A DNA stretch of 64,000 nt from the NCBI GenBank assembly GCA_009103225.1, contig RHPI01001412.1:101840-165839 (forward strand), written 5' to 3'. The notes beneath the pieces are model-generated. The model was not told where the DNA came from and made no database searches. It worked only from the letters and a program-made list of their open reading frames with translations. This stretch comes from Chlorokybus atmophyticus (taxonomy: Eukaryota; Plantae; Mesostigma and Chlorokybus algae). Numbering within the stretch: position 1 is the stretch's first letter; every line of letters starts with the position of its first letter. The position numbers and the translations under genes are program-made. This document shows positions 34,880 to 44,849 of the stretch, one piece after another.

Positions 34880-36404
34880 CTGCCCAAGGATAACACTGTT
34901 CAAATAGTGCACAAACACGGAAAGTTGTGCACTATGAAAACGTCGAATACTAGTGATTTTGTCCTGTCAAGTTTGGAGGGGTAAACGTGGAGTATTCAGC
35001 CCAAACAAGAGCTCTCCACACACCTCTCAACTAGACAATCACTGTGCAACAAACCGCACGCGAATGCACGCGACGGCTCACGAGCTATGGCTGCTCAAAG
35101 TTTTCACTTTGTACAACCCAGCTCAACTTACAATCACAATTGACACCCAAAGTGCCAAAATCTCGTTGAATCAGCCCTACAGGCCGATATCGACAAGTTG
35201 TGAGTTGTGAGTTTGATATCGACCGCACAGAAAAATTCTGGCGGCCTCACCGCACTGACTGGCGGTACCGAGACAGTCGATGTTGCCACCGAACTGCCCC
35301 CAAGGGAATTTATCCAAAAAAATAGATAAAAAGCCCTTCACCACCACGAATCCACGTGGTGGTTAGCACACAAAGATTATAGTAAACAATATATGATTAC
35401 TATGTTATGTGCTTGGATGCAATGCTTCAGGGAGGGGCCTGGATGGCCGCCCCCCTTCACACAATAACAACTAAACTAGGACAAGTTAGGCATGGCATGG
35501 CATGGCATGCATAGGCTAGGCTAGGCTAGGCTAGGCACCAGCAGCAGCGTTTAACTACAACAGTTAAACCAAACAAAACTTTTAACTACCGCTAGTTTGC
35601 CGCCGCAGTGCCGCCTGCCGACGCAGTGCCTGCCGCCGCCCCTGCAGTGCCTGCCGCCTGCCGCCGCCCCTCCCACAGGCCCCTTGCCGCCCGTGCTCCG
35701 ATACCAATGTCAGAAGAGAGGGTGTGCCCCTCCTCCCTTTAATCCCCTACCCCAACACCACCACCAGCCTCGCCGCCGCCGTCGCCACTGCCGGGGCAGT
35801 TGCCAGAGCAAAAGATGCTCTGGCTATGGCGGCCGCTGCGTTAGCAGCGCCGCCATGCAGCTGATATCCACATGAGACTCATGTCTCATGTCGATATCAG
35901 TGTTATAGTTAAGTAACACTACATTAGGGCCTTAACACTAGGTTAACGGCCCTAATAAGGCTTAATAGGCTGTATAATCCCGTTGGGACCCTTATTTAAT
36001 CCTAAATAAGGGCGGGGAACCTCTATGGAGGTAGCACACCGTTACAGTGCACGAGTTAGTGTTGGGGTCTTCATGCATTGCGCTATGCTTTCGCGTTGTT
36101 AATGGTTGTTGCAGCTGAAGTAGACAATTACTAACATTTTGTGGCTCTGCAGAAACACAAGGGCGAGCGGCATCAAACGCAAAGCGGAGGCCAGCAGCAG
36201 CCGTGCCAAGGAGGCAAAGAAGAAGCGGGCAGGGTTTATGTAAGTATGCTGATCAGTTGCATTGCTGCTTGCTGCATTGCTGCTGCATTGCTGCTGGGCT
36301 ACCGCTGGTCTACAAACTTGTTACAAGAATCTACCGTATCAAGGCCAGCGCTGTGTATAGAATATTCTTATATTGAGAGGGGCTCGCTGTTCTCTGATGG
36401 AGCC

Positions 36405-36592
36405 GCCAGCAGGGCTGTTGGTCTGCCTGCTCTTGCGTGTTGGCCAAATTTTGCCAACAAGCAAAAGCAACCAGCATATAGCTGTTGGTTTTCCTGCTCT
36501 TGCATGTTGGCCAAATTTTGCCAACGAGCAAGAGCAGCTAGCAGGGCTGTTAGTCTGCCTGCTCTTTTGTGTTGGCCAAATTTTGCCAACTG
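36405..36592. repeat. Three tandem copies of about 65 bp in intron 2 of the cargo gene, each containing GTTGGCCAAATTTTGCCAAC
   Basis: Visible units ending in tgttggccaaattttgccaac near 36438, 36505 and 36570. Confidence 0.85.
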
Positions 36593-39500
36593 GTCTCAGG
36601 CTTTGCTGCCAAATTTACTTACTGAAACAATTGTTCTATACCTCTTGCTATTGCAGTGATCCCCTCAAAGATAAGTTGCGAGCCCCTCAAAGAGAAGTCT
36701 CCGATAACGATGACGACGATGACAGTGTACCTGAGACGGACGACAAACAGAGCAATCCCGATCTTAACTCTGGCGATGAGTTAGATCAATATGACGAGCT
36801 TAACGCCGAAAACAAAGCTCTGGAAAAAGGAGACTACCACTGTAACTTTGTTGACGGACTTCCTGCTATAGTTGTAGCAGAACTTTTAGTAACAATACAT
36901 GTAACTGCAGGGAACACGATCCATGTCAGGCATGGCTCCTTCTGGAAGAAGTTCGAAGAGCTTGAAGATCTACGCGAGCTGTTCAAAGGAGCTGCTCGAA
37001 AAATACACAATCTCGCCAAGTGGGAGGCTGCAAAAGAAAAAAATGAGACCAAAGATAAGCAGAAGACTGTGCGTTACTATCTGACAGTCACAAAAGAGGT
37101 CAGTCATGTCGTCTGTTAACGCTGGTTATTGACTATTCTCAAAGGTAATTGATCAATTCCTTGTTTGTTGCTGAACGATCATTGGTCCGAGTATCGTCTC
37201 ATGTATGCATGGTCTTTCTCACCAAAGGAAGTCCGAGTGCTTGTCATCCCATCGAGCGTGCCAGACCCAGATGACGAGTTTCTTACCGATCGCAAGACCT
37301 TCCTGTTTGATTTGCCGGTAAACAAAGCCCATTGGACACCCACCGGGAAAAAGCTGGTCAGTCTAGAGAACGGCAAGGATCTTTCTGACATGATGATCAA
37401 GGACGTCACCAAGGCTAATAATCCACCATTGCTTGTCAATCTGTACGAGTCTCTGCAAGGTACGTTCACTATGTGCTGTACTTCCCACCAAACCCCGCTC
37501 CAAAACATCCTGACGATTTATCAATTGCTGCAGCAATGACAGCAAAGACGCTCAACTTGAGTGCTGATCCCTCTCAGCTGCCGTCGCCAAACAAAAGAGG
37601 CAAGGGCAAAGCACCAAAGACTAAACCGGTCATCCCTACAGACACGGAGGGTGCAGCAGGTACGCAGTGTCTTCAGAACACAATGCCTCACTGCATGTAC
37701 AAGTTGACAAAACTTTACCAACTGTGCAGGCGATGCTCTGCCACCCATTATACTGCCGCCCCTGTTCTCCAATGTCGATACACATACGTACAAAATCAGC
37801 CTGTCAAGAATGCGTTCAGCAGAGGGGGCACATCAAGCGCGCAAAATTGAAAAATCCAGGCTGGTCTATCTGGAACAGGCTATGAGGAGCGGCTACAATA
37901 AAGGGCACAAGCCATGGCTTCTGCTGGCTTACAGAAATGACAAAGGACGAGAGATGCCTGTCAAGGAGGAGTATTTCAATAAATACCACATCGACCGCGC
38001 AAAAGACTTTACCTATGAGGTGCTCGGCGGCAATCATTCGTTCATCGTCGCATCCAAGCTAGCCAAGGAGCAACCAAATAATGACTGGCTACAGTTTGAG
38101 TGGTGTGAGGTATGCTAGCTTATAGCACTTGTTGCATTGCAAAAATTGAACAAAAAAAAGCAAGCTGAATCTGTTCCCTGCACAGGTAGTGTCCGGGCTA
38201 ACCGACGAGCAGGCCCATCTGTACGCTAGACAGCACAACGAGCAAGATGACCACAAAAAGCCATCCACATTTGTGACCAAGGTGGCCACATTTCGTGACA
38301 AGTACTTCACGCGCGGAAAACCCGCCAAGCCAGTAGTTGGGCCAGGCTCAGACAAGTATTCAGCTGGCTGGAAGGCTTGCTTGTTGGATCTGGCCTTGCT
38401 CATGGACAATGAAATTTAGTGGAAAGGCAGAAACTATCAGCTGATTTCGAGAGAATACAGAAGTGAAATCGCGTAAGTTTTGTTTGCGTACATTATGACT
38501 CTGCAGAATGTTGTGTTGTTCTCGCAATCGTCATCAACCTATGCAGGCTGGCGGTCAAACTGCCACTGACTGAGGAGCAGTACGAACGCTTTTTTCAAGT
38601 CCTTGATGATGTTGATGACATCGACAAGCCATTGCCTCGTCACACCTTGGAGCTGTTCACTCATCTATCAGGAGAGCAGATCATGAAGGTGTTGGATGAC
38701 ATCGAAGCTGGCACCATCGATGTCAGCGTGCATTGTGAGTTCAAGCCTTACCACCTAAATGAGCAACGCAAAGGACGCTTTGTGTCTTTTTTGGCATGTA
38801 AAGTGATACCAGGCGAGGTCTTTGAAACATCTGGGTAAGCTAGCACATGCAAAGTTATGTCTGTTCATTGCAGGTATGTATAGCAGTAACCATTATCAAC
38901 AAAGTCATCACTGTCATCAGGTGTGAAAGTCGTTTGGCGGATCAGGCGCCAGAGTTGTATGCAGCCAGAAACCAGCTGTTTGAGGTCCTTCTCAAGGGAG
39001 GTCATAACCTCTTCTTCAAGCAGCTCACAAGCGTCAAAGCTGATTTAGAGTCGAAGCACTCAGTCAAGCATCTGAATATCCCATTCGCCATCATGGACAA
39101 AGTCTGCCAGCTTGGCAAGATACCGCTTTCAGAGCCCCGTCAGGTCGGCGACGTCCCCGGCGCCGTGGTTATGCCCTTGTAAGTATGGAGCTGTGTTGTC
39201 CAAATTTTACCAACAGGTGCTCAATGCAGCCATACTATATCTCTATGCTTGTTACGCAGGCGTTTTCCTGTGCACGCTAGTGGCGATCGCCCCCAGGAGT
39301 TCCATGCGGTCAAACAGAGATGCGTACCGCGCTTTGAAACTGTGCAAAAATTTGTTCGAGAGCTGCAAGTCAAGGAGTACCCTTCCTTCCCGCTTGTCTT
39401 CTTTGATGTTCCTTTCCACAAGAACGATGACCGCGACAAGGCCTTCACCATCGAAGACTTCCAGGAAATGACTGATGCATTGTGCCGCCAAAACAGCGAA

Positions 39501-41976
39501 CTGAAGTGGTGGACGCTTGTAGCCTTTGTACCTTTGCATCACGTGAGTGCGGTCAAGGGAATCCTGCAAAACTCCGATGCATATATCGTCGAGTTTACTA
39601 CATATACGCACGCCGCTACAAGTAAGTTGTGTCTGTGCAGTTACTGCCTTCGGTATTACAGCTACATTACTGAAAATTGTTATGTTGCGCAGAGCTGCAA
39701 GTGTTCCCTGGCTTATACAAGAGCCAAGACCGGACTGAGCCAGTCCTCATTGCACTTTACAAGCAAGTCGACGACTCTCTAAAGGTCACCAATCTCAAGA
39801 CCTGGTTCAAGCTGCGCGAGCAGGATGACTTTGTCTGGCATGATCCCTCGCATCCTAAGTTCTGCCAGCTGGGACCATACGAGGAAGAGTCGCCAAACGT
39901 GGAGGAGCTGAAGTCTTCTTCACACGGAGCAGAGGAAGATAACGAGATGAATGAGGGCGAAACTGAAGATGAATTGTTGGCTGTCGTTGCTGCAACACCC
40001 TCTGAGATTGACTTTTCAGAAGGCATGACAAAGGCAGCCACAGGAGCTGTGAAGCGCTGGTGGCTCAGCAAGTTCTTCAATGTTGAAGGTCATCCACCTA
40101 TCTGCTGGCAACAACGACTGTGCAGCACCCTGGCCGGAGATTTTCTACCCGCCAGAAAAAGCAACAGCGAAATATGGGTTCTCGACCTCGGTGCTGGAGC
40201 TGGTGGTCTGAGCGACGATGCACTCAAGTTGGGCTACAGCATTTTTGCAGTAGACAACGATTCCACCAGCATGTGCCAGCTCGAGGACCGCTTCTACGGC
40301 TACTGCAGCGAACTCAAGCACTACGTAAGCCAGTGAGTGTTGGTATAATTTTGCCAACAGCGTCATGCTATCTGGAGGTACTTAAATCACTCACTTTACT
40401 GCAACACCTTTTGTTGCAGCAAGAGAAGCATAGCTCACTGCGCTCAGCTGCTGCTAAAGATAACGCCGCTGCCCTGCCACGGATCAAGAGCAAGGACGAG
40501 GTCGTGCAAGATCGCCTGCTGAAATTTTTTCCTAGCATGAACTTCGGCGATGTCAAGCACATGGCGTTTCTTCTGCGCTGGGTTGCTCAACCAGGCACAG
40601 CTGCAATCCTAAAAGACGAGGAAGACACGCTGAAGGACATCAGGGACTACTGTGATAAACGCCGCGCTGACATCCAAAGCAGTAAGCGCAGTGTGTTGTA
40701 TATGTTTGTAGCACACATATGTTCGCTGACTTGATCATGTGCGCAGTGGACAAGTTTACCGAAGTGAGGGGCGATATTATCGGTGCGAATTACCTGAAGC
40801 TTGAAGCGGAATTGCAGTCGACTCCAGATCCGCTAGCAGGGAAGCTCACTCAGCTGGATGTCAACCCAGACTCGGCATCGCGGGTGGTTGCACTCATCAC
40901 GGATGATCAGGGAGCCAGCGACAAAGCTAGAGAACCTGCGCACAATGTTGAGATAACAGCCCAAAAAGATGCAGAGCCGGTGTCGCAGGCGACGCCAGAG
41001 AAGCCAGCGCCAAAGCCAGTGCAAGTGCCAGTGGCAGACACACATCCGCACTGCGCCAGTCCGCTTTGCGACATGCCAATCAGTTTTGACGATCCGACCC
41101 CAACGGTGTGTCGCAATGAAGGCTGTCTCCGCCGCTTATATCATCTCTGCTTCACAGCCTACTCGGGGACTAAGGATGGCAGCAACGCCCGGTGCCCAGA
41201 TCATTGGGTTGAGGCCAACAAGGACAACAAGCTGAAGCAAAGCTGGGTGAACAAGGTTCGCAAGGCTGGTAAGACTGAGGGCGCGCTGAATGTTTGGGGC
41301 TGTGACAAATGCAAGGACTACCGCGGCTGCAGAAAGTGTTTTGGTCCTTTGGCGGTAATGGCCAGCCAGGAGACGCCTAGCCAGGGAGAACTCATGGAGT
41401 GAAAGAGATGTACCCCCATCGCAAAAAAAAAAACGTGTTGTGATGTGCGTGTAGTGGTTGGAATAGTGCCCTGATACAAAGGCATTTGCCCTGTATATAC
41501 AGCCTTGACCCTTGGAGTAGTTTGTACCCTGCCTTGTGACCTTGTTACAAAGATAAATGTTTTGTGCAAATTCTGATCTGCTTGTACAAGCAGCTGTTGG
41601 CAGAACTTTGCCAACACACACATGAGTGCATGCTCATTATCATCACAGTGTAGGCCTAGTTGTATGAATTGTGGTTGGCTTTACTTGACCAACAATGGTG
41701 AAGCTACACTCCTGAAAGCTTACAAGTAGCTGCAAAGAGGCACTAGCTTCATGCATAGTAGTTGACATTATTTTGCCAACAACAGAGAGAGGCTTACACT
41801 CCTGAAGGCATTCAATAGCTGCAAAGAGACACAACAACATCCAAGAGACAAAGCTACATGCATTGCTGATTGCCTGCTTGCATGCTGGTATTGCATGCAA
41901 TTGCTGATGTCAAGCGGCCAGCAAAGTGTTTTAGTTGTCTGCAGATTGCTATCACATCACATGATATGGGAACAAC

Positions 41977-42003
41977 TCCGTCCACGAGTTGTCCCCCCGG
42001 ATC
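41977..42003 (-). repeat. Right terminal inverted repeat
   Basis: tccgtccacgagttgtccccccggatc is the exact reverse complement of 23445-23471. Confidence 0.93.
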
Positions 42004-42379
42004 GCACGACACGCCAGAAGCGTTGCCGAGGCAATGCCAAGGAGCCAGGCAGCAGCAGCAGCAGGAGGAGTGTTGACGCAGAGCCTGGTGGTGTCGGCTA
42101 GCCAGCAAGCCACATGACGCCAGCAGCAAGGGTAGGATAGCAAGCATGATTCACTGTGTGCCGGTGTGTTGCACAATGCTAGTGAAGTTTCTGAGTATGA
42201 GTATGAGTATTAGCAGCCCTGTGCCAAGGCGTTGCCAAGGCAGGAACAGCAGCATAAAGCGCAGGAGGAGGAGGACTAGGTAAGGATGGTGTGCTGCGCA
42301 AGCTTTGCTAATGAGGTACATAACCGTACAACGGCATGTCTTGATGGTTACATAATTGCAACAACAGTGCCGGGACAAT

Positions 42380-43960
42380 TGTGCTGAATCTTTCCTCGCA
42401 CGAGCTCAATGAGATTGAAGAACGTGGCTTGCTGAGCCTGAATGTGAAGCCCACACCTTTTGCCAACCGCAATGTGTTGCTGTTTGCTGCCTACACTGTG
42501 GGTCCATCGAGGTTCTGTAAGCGTTGAGTGCTTGGTCAAGGGCCGCATCTCACGGTTTGCAGTATCCACCGCAAACGCTGTGGTTGGGGACGAATCCGTT
42601 ATGTTGGAAAATGTCTGGTGCAAGGTATGTACTTGTTGCAACGCGCATGATGCATATATGCTACTGGTAAAACTGCGATCGAGCTGACTCTGTCTGAGGG
42701 CAATTGCAGGTTTACATTTCACATAGCATGGGTGGTATCCACTTTGATGAAGATGAGAACCTTTCTGCGCAGTTACAGTAATATTGTCATTACCTTGCGT
42801 AGCGTTCTAGCATGCTTGCAAAGACTTGCCCAACACCTCCACACCTTTGCTGTTTGTTCCAGTTGGTAAAGGTGCCAACGACATTGATTATGGATGGGTT
42901 GGAAACACGTCCGGTGACCCCCCCAGCCCTGCAAGTTAGTCATGAGCATTGATGAGATGGTTGCCCTTCTGCCTTCATAGTGCATGCTTCCAACAACATA
43001 ATGTACTTCTATACAGGTGTTTTATTGACGCCGCCCACCGCTGAAAGTGGCGCCGTGCGAGCTCGGCATTTCATGACCTCGCGGACACCTTGGAAAATCT
43101 CGTACATTTGCACCATCATATTCGACCCTCTCACCGGCGACGCTGCCTCTACCAACCCTACTTTGAGCAGGTAAAGTGTTCCATTTTTTCATGCACATGG
43201 TAGTACTATTGGTTTGCTGTGATTGCCAGCATGGGCTACCATATAGTGCATGTGCACAGTGGTAGTGACAAAGGGTCGCATTCTAACATACGGCTTGCGC
43301 AACCCGTTTCGCGGTGCCATACGCCCAGTCAGCAACGAGGTTTGGTGGGGAAGTGTGCTTTGGTGGACTTGAGAGAGCATATACCGCATCCAACACAGTT
43401 CAAACACCATTTCAAACTTCGGGTGGCCGTGTTATGAGGGCCCTGAAGTACAACTATCCTATCAGTTAAGAGCGCTCGACATGCTAGTCACTCTTTGGTA
43501 ATATTTCCCTTGCACATAGATATTTGCTATTGCACCCGACATTCCCAACTTTGCAGATTGTGAACCTGAACCTCTGCAATCAAATATACTCCACCAACTC
43601 TGTATCACTACCTTTCTACGCATACATGCATACCTGTCCTCCCAATCCTGGTGGCAAGTGCGCGAGGGCAACAGGAGTGAATGGTGCTTCGGTGACTGGT
43701 CTGGCTTTCAATTCGGGTTTAGTATTTGGTGCTAGTTACTGCGGAGTACTGTTCTTTGGTGATTACACTATTGATTGGCATATGGGCGATGCCGTTTGGT
43801 TCAGACGGGCAACCGGACCATAATCACATGCAAGTGGTTGTGGAAGGTGTCGGTGTTGTGGACATCAAAAAAGCAGCAAATGGATCGCTGTTGAATGCAG
43901 ACTTCAGCAATGCCCAGGTGTTTCGCCTCGTCGGGCTTGGCAGTGGGGTCACGAGTGCTG
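42380..43960 (+). pseudogene. PQQ-dependent glucose/sorbosone dehydrogenase (GSDH beta-propeller) family, bacterial-like, intron-containing, decayed
   Basis: ERGLLSL; GRISRF...ESVMLENVWCK; SHSMGGIHF; LTPPTAESGAVRA; DPLTGDA..TNP; YGLRNPFR (43289-43312); NFGWPCYEG (43415-43441); SVTGLAFNSG..FGASY.GVLFFGDY; IWAMPFGSDGQPD. Stops, frameshifts and a mutated donor (ttaag). Confidence 0.85.
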
Positions 43961-44849
43961 TCATGACAGCATTATCAAGCTCTGGAGTAGCACCCTTGTC
44001 TGTGAACTTGGACAGCACACATCCCGTGCCACACCCTCCTATCAGCTACGCTTGGGACCTCAAGGCTAGCTTGTGGTGTCAAGCAAAGCACAGCATATGC
44101 TTTAGTCACATTTTAACATTTACTAACAGCTATAAGGCATAATATGTTGGCATCGCACATGAGTTTGATGTTTGACATACTTATCAATGTCATATACATA
44201 AGGTTTTAAAGAACTGAATCACAAGAGGGAGGGGAGCAACAAGAATGTCAAAGCAAGAGCAAGGGCACAAAAGCGAAGCAGCATTCATAGTGTATTTCAA
44301 GGCATGTGGCAATGAGTCGTTCACGTCATGTTAAAGTACACATCTTGTACAACTCAGCATTACCTTATTTCTTCAAAGTCTTTATAATTTACGCTAATCA
44401 AGAAGCTGATGTTTATTGTTAACCCTGCCAACCAATATAATCCAGTCATAATCTACTCATGCATATGATTTGCCGCCGAACATGTAACATGAAAAGTCTA
44501 ATATAATGCTCGGTTAGAATTTTGCAAAAATCAGCTGCAGCACTACATTGCACTATGATTGATAATCGTTGCTAACATGTCAACACATTGCTTGCACTTG
44601 TCACCAGTGCAAGCTATGTGTGGTGGCTGATAGCTGGAACACAAATGCCTCGTACATCTTTCTCACGCACGCATCAGCACACTGCATTGCTGGGTGGTCA
44701 TTTACTGGCATTGCGCAGCCATATTTGCCAGAAGTGCCAGTAGCGGTAGCGCTGACCGACCTTACTGGCACTGCTCAGCAGTGCCAGAAACAAGCATCTG
44801 TGCCATAAACAACCACTGGACTCAAGCTCAATGCAGCTGCGGCGCTGAG

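Larger units (their letters stand above)
29191..36046 (-). mobile_element. Chromoviral Ty3/Gypsy copy B, apparently coding-intact, inserted in intron 1 of the cargo gene
   Basis: 5' LTR 35708-36046 (339 bp); 3' LTR 29191-29519 (329 bp, 10-bp deletion); TSD GTGCA at 29186-29190 and 36047-36051; PBS 35695-35706; near-identical to copy A. Confidence 0.97.
28534..41402 (+). pseudogene. 13-exon gene: ParB/Srx-like domain + beta-class N6-adenine/N4-cytosine DNA methyltransferase-like domain + PHD-like finger (one in-frame TAG)
   Basis: Exons: 28534-28616, 36153-36239, 36657-37098, about 37192-37459 (acceptor uncertain), 37534-37659, 37730-38109, 38186-38472, 38547-38834, 38921-39178, 39260-39621, 39693-40324, 40420-40681, 40747-41402, with compatible splice phases. 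Motifs: YEVLGGNH (38014-38037), GLTDEQAHLYARQHN, LVFFDVPF (DVPF 39405-39416), EPVLIALYK, GHPP..WQQRL, VLDLGAGAG (40178-40204), IFAVDND, C-x4-C...C-x4-C-x5-H-x2-C...C-x2-H, CDKC-x5-CRKC. TAG at 38417-38419. Confidence 0.8.
23445..42003. mobile_element. Large Sola2-like DNA transposon with a methyltransferase cargo gene (about 11.7 kb excluding the nested chromovirus copy B)
   Basis: Perfect 27-bp TIRs at 23445-23471 and 41977-42003; direct 4-bp GCAC on both sides (23441-23444, 42004-42007); DDD transposase and a second spliced gene inside. Confidence 0.88.

Noticed and set aside
16487-36046. Inverted chromovirus pair as a misassembly or as TIRs of a giant element
   Set aside because: Each copy has its own TSD and private indels, and its own PBS/PPT and LTR pair.
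36405-36592. Regular repeats that might suggest a CRISPR array
   Set aside because: Degenerate tandem units without unique spacers, in a spliceosomal intron, with no cas genes.
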